A stretch of DNA of 64,000 nt from Eledone cirrhosa (taxonomy: Eukaryota), in contig CAXHJY010000394.1 of NCBI GenBank assembly GCA_964016885.1, positions 1 through 64,000 on the forward strand, written 5' to 3'. Below, piece by piece: positions 34,320-48,081 of the stretch. Positions within the stretch are counted from its first letter, which is position 1; each line of letters opens with the position of its first letter. The notes under the pieces were generated by a model, which saw only the letters and a program-made list of their open reading frames with translations, had not been told where the DNA came from and made no database searches. Position numbers and translations under genes: made by a program.

Positions 34320-34971
34320 CTGGTTAAAAGTACTCAATTCCTGCTGCAAACAAATTAGCGGGGGAACTATAGGTTTCACATATGTATATATATATATATA
34401 ATATATATATACATATAGATATAATGTTAATCTGGTATGAGGTATGAGTGAAATATAATGAAGGCGATACAATGGAATGCGACGTGTGTGTTTAGGGGGA
34501 GGAGAATGCAAAGTGGAATAATCTTTTAGGGCTGCATTATGCAAACGAATGTGGGAGGTATGGATTTTCTGAATATATTTTATTTTAATGAATGTTTGTT
34601 GTGAATGATAATTAACACAGTCGCCCGCAACGCAGAGAAGCGAAACATAACCAAATGCCCAGCGTTAATTGACTGTTTTCTTTTTACGCCTGTCGACATC
34701 GATTACCTCCGGTGTTCTCATCTTCTTGCCGAATCGTGAGAAGTGCATCTTGCTTGAAGAAGGACCCCCATGAGGTGAAATGGCTAATGCAGCAAACTTC
34801 ACTGACTTTTCGCTGTGGTTATACTTTCCTCGTCTTGTTTGTAGGGTCCACGTTTTAAAGTTTGCTGCTTCCCTATCTTCTATATTTTCAAAAACTTTTA
34901 TACTTTTCTTTCTTTCATCTTTCTTTCTTCTTTTTTTTTTTGTCTTTCTATTACTAACTGGTAATAGGCTC

Positions 34972-35122
34972 TTTTTCCAGCATAGAGTTATGACCCTTTA
35001 CGAATTGAGTTCAAATCACGCCGAAGCTAACTTTGCCTTTCATCCTTACGGGGTCGATAAAATAAAGTACCAGTAATGTACTAGGTAATTTGCTGGTCTT
35101 GTGCCAAATGTAGAAACAACTA
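34972..35122 (+). mobile_element. 5'-truncated tRNA-derived SINE
   Basis: Family match. Confidence 0.85.
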
Positions 35123-35199
35123 TTTCAGATATAATATTCTAATCAGGCTTGTGAAAATTTGTGATGATCGTAAGCGTAAAGAGATTGGCCTTTTTGATA

Positions 35200-35468
35200 T
35201 TTTGGTTGAGCATGGAGAATCAGTTAATGTATATCTCCTATTTGTTGAGCAAGGAGAATCAGTTAATGTATATCTCCTATTAAGTTGAGCATGGAGAATC
35301 AGTTAATGTATATCTCCTATTTGGTTGAGCATGGAGAATCAGTTAATGTATATCTCCTATTTGGTTGAGCATGGAGAATCAGTTAATGTATATCTCCTAT
35401 TTGGTTGAGCATGGAGAATCAGTTAATGTATATCTCCTATTTGGTTGAGCATGGAGAATCAGTTAATG
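35200..35468. repeat. 40-bp minisatellite, ~6.7 copies
   Basis: ggttgagcatggagaatcagttaatgtatatctcctattt in tandem, no spacers. Confidence 0.95.
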
Positions 35469-35690
35469 CAAGTTGCAATAAACAATGACAGGTGGAATCA
35501 AGGTGAAGACTGTCAATGAAAGTGAATAAAACAACTGGTAACTGAGCAAATATATCAGCCATATGTAAACTATTTTAACAGACAACTGAAGACCGGCAAT
35601 GTAACAATCCAAGTAGCGGCTTACAAAAAATAAAGCACGATATAAAGATTCTCTCTTTATCCTATCTTTCTATCTCGCTTTATCTCTCTT

Positions 35691-35751
<61 letters not shown>

Positions 35752-36231
35752 TAGCAAAGTTGCTCATAAGAAAAAAAGAAAATCTCGGGCCGGATAAATA
35801 AAAGCATCTTTTCCTCACCACCCACCCCATCGGAATACAATGTCGTGCATAAGGATGGTATTACATAATATTGATCATATGTTGCATGAGAGATTAGATC
35901 AAGCCACAAAAAGGTTTATATATGATAACACTACAACATAGAGTCAGGGGACGACAACAAGTGAATGTCTTTCAATTAGTATAGCAAAGCGACTACGTAA
36001 ACAAATAACAATAAACAATTTAACATGGAAACAGGGCAAGCGAATTATTAGGGCATAATATGTGTTAGCACCACTCAGAAAGAGAGAGCTCAATACGTTC
36101 ATAAAGTAAACATTTATAGGATCGGATGCTCAATGCCTAAGAGGGAGCAATGCATTCGTTCCAGGATTGGAATTCTAAGATCAGACTGTTGAGAAATTCA
36201 TCGGGATAATGAACAACTGTCTATATATATA

Positions 36232-36463
36232 CAGTGGCTGTGGACATCTTTCTCCCCAAACTACCAAAACACACATTTATTTGAATTGGATATGCGCTAC
36301 AATTTATGTACAAGTTGTTTATCGCATATCGTAGTTTTCTGACCATTTTAGAGTGCAAAGAGCTAAACTAATTACTACAACTAAATTCACCAAATTACCC
36401 CCCCCCCCCTCCTCCCAATTTAGAAATGCTTCCAACGCCTCTGTGTATATATATATATATATA

Positions 36464-36519
<56 letters not shown>

Positions 36520-36810
36520 TACTCATAAAGAGGAAGTTTGTTTGTTAACACCAAACACTCCCCCTCTCTATATATCTATCAATACCTATCTCTATCATTC
36601 ATCTCACTCTATTCATTAACTCCAAACTCGCTCCCTCTCTATATCTACTTCCGATATTCCTCTCTTTATCTATCTTTCCCATCTATCTCTACATAACATG
36701 TACATAAATTGTATCGCATATACAAATAGATGTATTTTGGTATGTTTGGGGAGAAAAATATAATTATTGGGGTGGGGGTTTGGCCTCCCCCTTCCCAGTT
36801 CCACCGCCTC
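36232..36810. mobile_element. Two related MITE-like remnants in opposite orientation (~36232-36441, ~36695-36810)
   Basis: ctccccaaac..caaaa..caatttatgtaca inverted against tgtacataaattg..ttttgg..gtttggggag. Confidence 0.45.
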
Positions 36811-36827
36811 TCTCTCTCTCTCTCTCC

Positions 36828-36900
<73 letters not shown>

Positions 36901-36902
<2 letters not shown>

Positions 36903-37045
36903 AACACTCTCGGAACTCTCTTCCCACCCACTTTTCTCCTGAAGAAGGGCTTATGCCCGAAACGTCCCCTCCCCCACTCTCAAGAGCGTGAAACTAATAA
37001 ACCTTTGTTTGTACTGCCTCTCAGGTTTTGTTCCCGTTTCATTTT

Positions 37046-37050
<5 letters not shown>
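36901..37050 (+). mobile_element. Short PLE terminal-repeat fragment with HHR core at 36939-36966; its 3' part recurs at ~19780-19860
   Basis: CTGAAGA-a-gggc(ttat)gccc-GAAA-cg-TC; stem I partner not found; TA-flanked. Confidence 0.65.
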
Positions 37051-37102
<52 letters not shown>

Positions 37103-37313
37103 CCTGTAATCGCGTCGTCTGGGAAGGGGGGGGGGCGCGTGATACTCAGCCTCAATGTACCGTCTATTAAAATATTCATCACTGAATAAGATATTTTCTT
37201 GTTCATTAAAAATTAATTAATTATTGGGTAAGTACACATTCATGCGGGTGCAAACACAGACGTGGTATCTTTTATCTTTAAATATCTAAATATATATATA
37301 TATATATACATCG

Positions 37314-37524
37314 ATGTGAGAAAAACCACAGACCCTCCATCTCAACTCTACTTTTGAAAAGCAGAAGAACTGCGAATCCGGTAAAGGAACCAAATAAATA
37401 TATATATATTTTTTTTTAAATAAGACTCCAGTTGCACTTTCGATTTCATCTTTTTTCTTTATACTTTCACTCGTGTAGGACACCTCGGTTATTTTTCATT
37501 TTGTAAAAAAACCCTCACTTTCTA
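37314..37524 (+). mobile_element. ~210-bp ORF-less HHR-bearing element in (TA)n
   Basis: Reverse complement of 50800-51012; ctt-TTGAAAA-gcag(aagaa)ctgc-GAAT-ccgg-TA-aag at 37351-37386. Confidence 0.8.
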
Positions 37525-37852
37525 ATATATATATATATATATATATATGTGTATATATATAGTATAACAATTATAATTGAGTGGCTGCTATTTGCAGTAT
37601 AGCAATATAAGGTTGCACTTACCAATGAAACGGTTGTAAATACCTGGATAAAATCCTTCTCTTAATGCTTACCTGTGTTTTCTCTTTTATACTATATATA
37701 TATATATATGAAAAATATGGGGAGAAGAATACTGCATGGTTGCACATGGATAACATGTTATAAAATGAGTCCCTCATCAGTGATTTGCCAACGATCATTG
37801 GTATTTCAATGTATATATATGTGTGTGTGTGTGTGTACGTGTGCGCGCGTGC

Positions 37853-37895
<43 letters not shown>

Positions 37896-38599
37896 ACGAA
37901 CAGGGGAGGTGCGTGCATCATTAGTGATATTACTATATTGGCAAAAAGTATAGACTTCGTGGACATTATGACCACATAATCTTACATTAATATATATATA
38001 TATATATATAAGATACTATATAAATATATACACACACACATATATATATATATATATTCACATATATTTATACTCGTACATGTATGGTCTATTCTTACAT
38101 ATACACAGCATAAAGATATAGGGGAGGGGAATATCGAATGAAGGTAAAATAAATCAGCGAAAATGAAAAGAAAATGACATGAGAAAGTTTCTCTAAAATT
38201 GTCTATGTTCTATATTTGATACTGATTGAGACTACTATCACAGATGAATATCTATAAAAACACTACACAAAAATAGAAAACTAAAGACGGATATTAACAA
38301 AAGATACTTGAAGAAGTAACTTCTACAAATAATAAGGCGTGGTGTTTTTATATGAACATATAAATAGATTGGATAAAGTGACAGAAAATGAAACATAATA
38401 AAAAGATAACACATGTAAAAAAAATCATTAAGCTATGAAATGAAATTATATTTTGAAGTTAACATACCGAAACATTAATTTCTACGAGGTTTTATTTACC
38501 TAACTGTTTTACTTTCGTTCTGTTTGATTGATTGACCCTGAAACTATTTGTTTCGTTATTTTTTTTAATTTGTTTGAAGCGACAGTCGGGTACTAAATA

Positions 38600-38750
38600 T
38601 GATAAGGCGGTGGAATAAGCGAGGGGGTATAAGCGGGGGGAGTTGGAATATATGAGGGGGATAAGCGGGGGAGTTGGAATACGTGAGGGGGAATAAGCGG
38701 GGAGTTGGAATATGCGAGGCGGTTATAAGCGGAGGAGTTGGAATAAGGTG
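38600..38750. repeat. ~31-bp G-rich degenerate tandem repeat (ataagcgggggagttggaat...), 4-5 copies
   Basis: Direct; related motifs at ~39005-39060. Confidence 0.7.
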
Positions 38751-39730
38751 TGTGTGTGTGGGGGGGGGGGGGGGGGTATCAGTAATTTTTCTAGGTTGTC
38801 TCCGTTGATTTTTTAAAACCAGAATTAGTCGTTTAGTTTACGTATTAAGACTCCAATACATCCTATTTATTCTATAACGCATGGGATTTCAAGTAATGTA
38901 CCTTTTTTTGCCATTTATAATGTTTTTTTTACTGTCTAAAGAAAATTGATTGTCGCATCAATGCTACCACTTAAAATACAATTTCGCCGGTGATAGCAAA
39001 ATTTAATAAGCGGGGGTGGGGGGTGGGGAGTCTGAAAAATTGTTAAGCGGTGGAGGGGTCGAGTAGGAGATGGTAGATCGGTATAATGCCTGTAAAAAGA
39101 TATTGAGATATATTTACGCCCAGATCCCACGAATAACATGATTCAAGACCACGGGACAACCAGCATAACTCTTTCAGAAACTGAATAACAAAACATTTCA
39201 GATTAAAAAGGCTGTCAGAATATTTTATGCCAATGTGTGTGTGTGGATATGTGTGTGTACGTGTACATTTGTGGGCTTGGGTTTATGTGCACTAACATAC
39301 ACATGTATGTGTGAGTAGATGCATGCATATGTATGCCTTAGTGTATGTGTATGTAAGTAAATATGTGTGTGCTTGTATACGAATGCCGCGCGCGCGCGCG
39401 CGTGTGTGTATGTGTGTGTGTGTGTATACAAGTATAATAAGGGATGTTTTTTCAGAGAGGAATTTGCTGAAGTATCATCAAGACCGAAGAACGAAGTAAA
39501 TCAAATTATTTCGAGAAACATTTTGCCATGTATCTCATACAATATAGTATATTTACCTCAATGTTTACATATTGAGTGCTCTAGTGATTACAACCATACA
39601 TTCAGGCAATATATATGTGTGTGTTGCGTGTGCGTGTGCGTGAGTGTCTCTCTGTGTCTCTATGTCTGTGTGCGCCTGCGTGCATGTGTGTGTGTCTGTG
39701 TTTGTGCGTATATATATATATATATATATA

Positions 39731-42070
39731 TAGGAACCAGTAAGACCCCGACAGCTGAGCTCAAGCCGTTTCGACGGCTAATTCTGGACTAAATGAAAAT
39801 TTATCCTGGTATTTAAATAGCCGATCTTCTCAAGGGGTAATTCCATATATGGTCAAAGTGATTGTCAAAAATCAGTAGTAATTCTGTGGTTGCAAATTAG
39901 TAGGGGAGATGGTGGCTAAACCTGCCAGTAGGAGAAAGAGGGGAGGGGGTGGAGTAGACCCAATCAAGCGTTGGTAGTGCCAGCTACAGCTGGGCATGAG
40001 GTCAAAGAAGATACAGGGGAGGGGGAGGGGGAGGAAGTCGGAACGGTAGGTAGAACAATGGGGGGTAGAAATAGGAAAGAAAAAATACTGAGAGTGAAGA
40101 AAAGCAAATAAGTGTAAAGAAAAAAGTAAAGTAAATAAATTCTACGACCTAGGTGTCAGGCTATTGTTGGAGGTATCCGTCCTCACGTTGCACTGGTAGA
40201 TCACATTTAACAAGAATACCATCAAACTCTCTTACAGCACTACACCAAACTTCGCACAAAACATCGTCTCCTCTAACAACAAAAAACTCAACCCCGATGG
40301 CAGAAATAACCTAAATAGCAGTGGAGAACCGACCAGGAGGTGTAACTGCCCGGATAGATCTATTTGCCCACTCGACAATAGATGCAGAGACCGTAATGTG
40401 ATCTACCAGTGCAACGTGAGGACGGATACCTCCAACAAAGCCTATATAGGACTTACCGCATGTGACTTCAAGACCCGGCTATACCAACATAGACATACCT
40501 TCCGAAACCCGGCCCGGCGTCACGCCACTACACTTTCGGGCCACATATGGGACCTCAAGGACAACAACATCACCTATGATCTCACTTGGAGATTACTGTC
40601 CAGAGCCAATTCTTACACGGGTGGACGCCGTCCGTGCAATTTATGCTCGGAGGAAACTTTACAAATGCTGTTTTCGACGGACCAACTCCTAAACAAAAAA
40701 GATGAACTGGTTACTGCATGTAAACGTAGATTGCGTAGGACTTACCTCGCCCTCAAACCCCATAATGACCCGGGGGGGTAGACTAGGGCTATAACACCCC
40801 ACTTGCCGATTTTGCATTGGGTAACCCCTGCTTGCCAAGGAAGACGTAAGATCTTCTTTGTATTCTTTTATCGCTTCCTTTATTTCCTTTCCCCCTCTCT
40901 CCTTTGTCCTTCTACCCCAGCTCTTCTCCTTTGTCGGCGTCTTTTCTCGCCCACCCGAGGCTGCCCTTTGGCCCCATGTAGCCTTAGTACCCCCCCCCCT
41001 CCCCTAGTCTATGATAGATTCGGCGGACTCCGCCCTTTATAGCAGTTGGCTTAGACCCCGGATACTTGCCCCCTTTTTCCGACCGCTCCCACTATTCTTT
41101 GTGCCCTCTATATTTCTTAGTGGCACTTATGCCTTATTTTTTCGTTTCAGTATTTCTTGCTTCGCTTTTCTTCTGGGCGGGGTGGATTCTGAATTTATTT
41201 CTCCGTATTCTACGTTTATTTCGTACGAACCTTCATGTAGCTTGTTTTAGATCTTTTAGAGTTAGCATTAGTATATATTTTTCTCGGGACTCAGAATTAT
41301 TATCTCGTACAAGTTCACTTTGCTGCACTGGGTCGTTGCTGGCCCGGGATGGAAGCCTTTATTGTTTATTTCGTGGTAGTCTCTTTAGTATTTTGGCCCC
41401 TTTTGTTGACCCGTCACCGTATCATTTACGTACTTATACCTCTTAAAAGGGTCCTTGCCTATTTCGTCCCACCTAGTTCTTTTACTTATTTCGTTATTTA
41501 TTTATTTATTTATTTATTTACTTCTTTCTTTCTTTCTTTATTTTTTCTAGCCTAACAATAGCCTGACACCTAGGTCGTAGAATTTATTTACTTTACTTTT
41601 TTCTTTACACTTATTTGCTTTTCTTCACTCTCAGTATTTTTTCTTTCCTATTTCTACCCCCCATTGTTCTACCTACCGTTCCGACGTCCTCCCCCTCCCC
41701 CTCCCCTGTATCTTCTTTGACCTCATGCCCAGCTGTAGCTGGCACTACCAACGCTTGATTGGGTCTACTCCACCCCCTCCCCTCTTTCTCCTACTGGCAG
41801 GTTTAGCCACCATCTCCCCTACTAATTTGCAACCACAGAATTACTACTGATTTTTGACAATCACTTTGACCATATATGGAATTACCCCTTGAGAAGATCG
41901 GCTATTTAAATACCAGGATAAATTTTCATTTAGTCCAGAATTAGCCGTCGAAACGGCTTGAGCTCAGCTGTCGGGGTCTTACTGGTTCCTATTACCCACT
42001 CTACTACCTCAAGTATTGAGTACTTTGGTGCGTTATGGTCCACCTGGTTCCTTACCACATTTCCTTCGTT
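39731..42070 (+). mobile_element. 5'-truncated Penelope-like element: inverted terminal repeat (39731-40168), GIY-YIG coding remnant (~40208-40781), 3' repeat to 42070, in (TA)n
   Basis: NKNTIKLSYSTTPN..CNCPDRSICPLDNRC..NVIYQC..AYIGLTACDFKTRLYQHRHTF..TTLSGHIW..CNLC.EE..LLNKKDEL; 39731-40168 is the reverse complement of 41554-41990. Confidence 0.92.
41884..41977 (+). ncRNA. Hammerhead ribozyme, U3:A8 core variant with full stem III (mirror ~39744-39840 on minus)
   Basis: acccc-TTGAGAA-gatcggcta...tagccgtc-GAAA-cggct(tgagctc)agctg-TC-ggggt. Confidence 0.8.
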
Positions 42071-42108
42071 ATATATATATATATATATATATATACGCAC
42101 ACACACAG

Positions 42109-42178
<70 letters not shown>

Positions 42179-42627
42179 CTGTTCGACTCTCACATATGAA
42201 AATATGGTTTGTGAAAGAATTGAAACATGCTGGTTGCAGTTAGTCATCTTGTCAGTATGTCGTCACGTGTCAGAAAAGTAAACATCATAGCAGGTTTTAA
42301 GAATCTGAAGTTTGACATCAGTAACAGCAACGAGCAAGTTTGAATTGACCAATAATCTTACTTGCTTTTGGCAAGTGATTTCATCTCTTGTCTCGTATCT
42401 TGTTAGAATTAGATTTCTCCTAGACAAAGTGATAATCATTTTTTTTTCTCTACATATTTTAAATAGCTCGAATTGAATGCTGTTTGTGTGTGTATATGTG
42501 AGATGTGGGGGGGGGGTATACAAAGATGTGTGTGTTGTGTGTATGCATATGAGAACGTAGATGTGTAACACTTAGTATATAAAAGCTGACAGTTAAGTAC
42601 ACGAATTACCCTCGAAGTATGTATATG

Positions 42628-42689
<62 letters not shown>

Positions 42690-42693
<4 letters not shown>

Positions 42694-42960
42694 GAGGCAC
42701 GTGTCCTAGCGGTAAGGGTGTTGGACTTACGATCATAATGTCGTGGGTTTGATTGCTGGGTTGCGTGTTGTGTTCTTGAGCAAAACACTTCATTTCACGT
42801 TCCTCCAGTATACTCAATAGCTGGAGATTTAACCTTGCGATGGACTTGCGTCCTGTCCTGGGTGGGTGGGGGGGGGGGGGATCTTGTACTCTCAGTCACT
42901 TCACGCCATGAAACGAGGATAAGCATCGGCCAAATGACCCTTCTGGCTTTAGACAGACAA
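42690..42960 (+). mobile_element. tRNA-derived SINE (third family, CORE/V-like centre)
   Basis: cctagcggtaagggtgttggac..gggtttgat..tgttgtgttcttgagcaaaacacttcatttcacg; related copy at 59668-59960 on minus. Confidence 0.7.
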
Positions 42961-43319
42961 TCTGAAACATGGAAAGACGATATTAGCGATTCGTATCTGT
43001 TTATTGATGCTCGTAGTTTAATCCACCTGGCTGTAAATACATAAATAACATGAAACTAGATTTCATCGCTCTAGGTACTATATAACTATTGAATACTAAG
43101 CTCAAATGGTCTTACGTTCATAAGCTGAAAGAGCAGTATGCAGCAAATATATAAATAACTTGAAGCTAGACTTCATTACTCTAGGTTCTATATAAATGGC
43201 GAGGACTTAGGTTGCATGATCATGCGATTATATTCAGAGATAGCACTGGGCTCTGATATGTTATAGGACTTATAGAACTGGTAAGATATAGTTACACATA
43301 GACACTCAGGCAGGTACAT

Positions 43320-43383
43320 AATACATATGCATGCATACATACATACATACATACATACATACATACATACATACATACATACA

Positions 43384-43414
<31 letters not shown>

Positions 43415-43505
43415 GCATGTATACATACATACATACATACATACATACATACATACGTACATACATACATACATACATACATACATACATACATGCATAC
43501 ATACA
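43320..43505. repeat. (CATA)n microsatellite
   Basis: Direct. Confidence 0.95.
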
Positions 43506-44212
43506 AGATGGGTAGGAAAGGGATTCCAAATGCATAATCTTCTGAGAAAGAGGTTTTGGGCGATGTAATTGACTGGCGCTAGGCCAGATTTGACACCGGA
43601 TTATTTGGAAAATTTACCAATAATAGACTGGTGTTCTATCGATAAGCACTTTTACTCCTCAACTAATGACATAAACCTGGAACTAAGCAGCAGTTCTAGA
43701 AAGCGCTATCGATCGAGTTTTACCAACAGATAGATTTTTATATATACCCCAGTCAAATCAAACTTAGATTTTCCCATATATCTGAACCTTATGAACACAA
43801 AATATGCTTACAACGGAATTGTGTTGTGTTTAAAAGTATAGAATTTCCATGAAATCCGATTTAAAATATTTCCATATGCTTGATATTATATGTAAATATA
43901 CGGGCCCAAATCTATGTAAAGTATAGCGCAATTTACTCCTGATTAACATATTCCAGTCGGTTATAATACACAGCCAATCAATACACTTTTCCTCAAGCCT
44001 ACATTTTATTTATGCGTACAGAACTAAAAGATATCCGGTAGTAGGGGCATACCTTTCGCATGTCGTTCACCAGCATTGGAACATTAACCCCCCCCCCCCC
44101 CCCCCCAAACACCACTCTCTATAACTTTCGTAACAACATAGAGAAATTTTAGTAGCTGTCAAGGAACTCAACCATAAAACAATTTTGTTTCCGGTAAATT
44201 AATTTCTGTACC

Positions 44213-44356
44213 CAGACCTGCCAACCTCTAAAAACCCAAACGGGGAGTACCCCAAAACGGAAGGGAGATTTTACATAATCAAGAGAAGACATCTCTCATC
44301 CACCCCAACGTAGGTGGGAGATCTCCCCGTCGGAGGGGGGTGGGGGGCAGGTCTGT
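44213..44356. mobile_element. Small MITE with cagacctgcc / ggcaggtctg termini (hAT-like)
   Basis: 10-bp terminal inverted repeat; TSD unclear. Confidence 0.5.
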
Positions 44357-45371
44357 GTACCTGTGATGAGATGTATTTCAATTACAGATACTGTCCATCA
44401 GACGGATTTTAAAAATGTTTCCGTTTAGGTAAAATGTACATATCTAAGACGCTACACTATGAGATCGAACACGTAAAATAAACATAATTGTGACGAGATC
44501 TTCGTAACCATTCGGTGATGCTGTATCTTCGGGTGACTAACAAGAGATTTAGAAATAGAACTAGAAACTCCTGTCGGGGAGGAGGTATTTTATGTACTGC
44601 TAATTCAACTGAAATTGTACTTCACTGAGGAATTTTCATCATATCAGCACACATTTTCTGTGCTGCTGGAATTGCTTCTGCAACCATTCAAGAGCTAACT
44701 TCAAGAAAAAAAACCTTCCACACCTTCCTTATTTTCTTCATCTTGCTACTTTAGATTATTATCTGTTGAAAAACTTTCAGAATTATTTTAATAAAAAACA
44801 TTTTTCTTATTTGGATGACCTAAAATCCAGTATATGTATTATTTTAACTTCAAAATCTTGAATTATACAAACACACAGATGAAAAATATATATATTGTTA
44901 TTAATGGAAAACATAATAGATATAAAAGTCTTAGCTTTTTTCTTCTGTTTTTGAATAATTTTTTGTTTATTTTTCTTTGAAGTATTGCTTTGCGGGGGAA
45001 TAGGTGCATATGGGGTGTGTACGAGTTGAACAGACGTTTTGCCGTAGAAAAATATGAAAGTGCTTAAAACATTAGAACAGTGTAAAGATTATAAGAACAA
45101 TGTTGAAGGTTAGATTTACGATATTTTCCGATATGGGCTACTAATCTTAGTTATTACACCCTCATAATAATAATTGTTACCAGCATAGGCAGAAGTTAAA
45201 AGCTTTCGGTGGGAGGGAACAGTTGATTATATCAACCACCAAAGGATGAAAGACATAGTCGCCCTCGGTGAGCTTTGAAGTCAAAACGTAAAGAACCCGA
45301 ACAAAAGCCGCTCAAACGCTCTAATGATTCTGTGAATCCACGGCCATGGTGAATCCACGATGGTGATGATG

Positions 45372-45850
45372 ATGATTTCTCTTTGCCACAGGGTGATAGT
45401 GGAAGCAACTATGTAAGGACTATTACAAAAACGATGAGAATTTATTCAGTATCGATTATGAAATAGAAAACTTGGAAAAGAAAAGTTTACGAAAGATATG
45501 GAACGAGATGCCTGAATAAATACGAAGAAGTAATCAAGGAATCCCACTGAATCAAGGTTAGCCATTCTACCGAGGCACATGCTGAAAGTAAACCTATTCA
45601 GGCGACAATTGGCATCAGCCTCAGAACATTCACTGAGTGGCAATATCTCTCGCTCCGCCCTCATTTTCTTTTCCGTGTGAGATGTGGCCGAAGAAGAAGG
45701 TCTCTTCATTCTTTTCAATACAATTCGTTTGGCATATTCACATGACAAAGGAAAACTTCTTGCTCTTCTCGGCCAAGAGAACGTGAAGAGCCGGTTCGTA
45801 AAATGGATGGATGTGATAGCTATATGCATCATACCTGCGACCTCCACAGT
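45372..45850 (-). mobile_element. Old Tx1-clade 3' end abutting (GAT)n
   Basis: KKMRAEREILPLSEC..TFSMCL resembles RRIIRVEREALHPSKF..SLFICL; end tttctctttgccacaggg resembles 52600. Confidence 0.65.
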
Positions 45851-46132
45851 TTTGCTCTATCACGATTGACCTGAACTAAAAGCAACAGCAACAACAAACT
45901 TCATGTGTACGTGTTTTGTGACTGATTATTTCAACAACAATGAAGTAAAATAAGAGGGAAACAAAGAAACAAGACAGTATGTGTGTGTATGTGTGCATGT
46001 TTATGAATGCGTGTATGTGCATGTGTGTGCATGTAGGAATGCGTATGTGATTTGAGTCTTAATGAACGCGTCACATGTGTATTATACTATATACATCATG
46101 TATGGTCGAGAACCCCGCATTATTTTAGTAAA

Positions 46133-46320
46133 TGGCGGTGGATTGGCAGTATCGCTAAAGGGTCGGACGCTTTGCAGCATAGAGTTACGGCCCTTGTCAT
46201 TCTGAGTTCAAATCCCACCGAGGTTAACTTTGCCTTTCATCCTTACGGGGTCGATAAAATAAAGTACCAGTAATACACTGGGATAATTGCTGGCCTTGTG
46301 CCAAAAGTAGAAACAATTAT
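46133..46320 (+). mobile_element. Full-length tRNA-derived SINE, TSD attattttagtaaat
   Basis: Family match; 15-bp duplication. Confidence 0.92.
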
Positions 46321-47966
46321 TTTAGTAAATAACAAAAGTAAGTGTTGTCAGATGAAATTGATTTCACTATTGCCTCAAATATTTGGTTAGTATGTCTCAT
46401 ATTTAAAGTACTCTGTTTTGAACTGATTGACAGTGTTATCGACGTGTATCAGCTTATAAACTAAATACCACTTCTCTCTTTAAATAAGATGTGTTTAATA
46501 AATATCAATGAATTGTCGTCTAGAGAGAAAACAAAATTGTTACTAAAAACATTACCTACTGTTTTTTCCTCAATCTTGGGTGATGAAAACAAATTCACCC
46601 TATATAGGAGGCGAATCAATAATTATTAAGTGTGAATCAATGAACAGAAACACAAGATATAAGACATCAAAGGAAATTGATAATTCGTACAAATATATTT
46701 GCTATGTATTTCTAATCCTAAATATTTGTAGGGAACTCACTACGCTTTGGTAAATTACTGAAAGGTATAAGGCACTGTATACCGCAAACTGTTTAAACTA
46801 AAATCTGCCATATTCTTTGACAAACACAAAGCTTCTCTCAAATTGTGATAACATTATGTCTCATTCCCAAATAGGGCAACTTCCCTGAACTTAGCGACAG
46901 AAGTAAACAATGTATCAACCTTCGCATTTACACTTGTTTAAGTATCTCAGAGTGAAGGTAAACTTCCGTCGAGCTGAATCAGCAACATAGATTATTTGAT
47001 TCTATGTTATTCATTAATTCAGAGAGAGAGAGATAGACTCTACTAGACTGGTGTGAATTCAATACTCTTTATGAAAATGAAACCGTTGGCGGTGACACAA
47101 GATCCAAATAAGCGTAACGATATTACTTTTACTACATTCATTTTAAATTCTGTTAAGCGCCTAAAAGTGTCAGTCCTACCTTTTGAACTCAACTCTAGGT
47201 TTATATATTCAAGTGAGGTTTGTGACATTAAAAGATATTTAACAAATCCAAATACCAGATTTTCTTTTGATTTTCAAAGTCACCCTGCTGCGCTACTGAT
47301 TAAAGATGTTTAGACTACAACGTTATACATAACCGAAGAGATATGCTTTAGAAGTAGCTAGTCGCAAGAAAATAAATGATCTCACAGTGGTTACGATTCA
47401 TTGCACCACTCGCTTACATCGCTTATATATATTGGTGAGGATAGAATGATTTGAGATGTATGTTCCGGCTTTCTTGCGCTTTTACAGTTCAAATCCCGTC
47501 GAGGTCAACTTTGCTTTTCATCCGTTCGCGGATGATAAATATACTACCATCCTAGCACAGGGATCGATTATTTTTCTATATCAGTTTCTAACCTTCTTTC
47601 TCTATCACAGAGTTGGGATGGGTACCGCCAGGTTTAAAGTGCTAACGACACGACGGCGCCCTCCGACTCAATCAGGAATTATAGGTCTATACATATATGC
47701 ATTTACCAAAGGGAATATTACATATGAAAGATGTCATTGGAATGTTACTGATACAGAAAAATAGTTCCATATTTTCTATAATCATGAATCTCATCTTCAT
47801 TGTCATTTATTTGTTTATCGTATAATATTTATTTCTGTCGTAAGGACAGGACTTCAAATTTCGAATAAGGGTAATAGTCAATTATATTAGTTTGGTATAT
47901 CATTTTATAGACGTCGTTAGAGTGAAAGGTAAAGCAGAACTCGGGTTGATTTGATCGCAGAACATA

Positions 47967-48081
47967 TAGGGTGGGCCAAATGTAGCTTCCTATTTTAGAA
48001 AATTCATAATTGTTATTATTAAGTTAATTTGTAATGTTTTATTAATAAAAATAGGTAAGGAGTGACTTTTGGCCCACCCTA
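47967..48081. mobile_element. Tc1/mariner-type MITE inserted in an old SINE
   Basis: TIR tagggtgggccaaa / tttggcccacccta with TA flanks. Confidence 0.75.

Noticed and set aside
35200-35468. CRISPR-like array
   Set aside because: Units are contiguous with no unique spacers, no cas genes, eukaryotic context.
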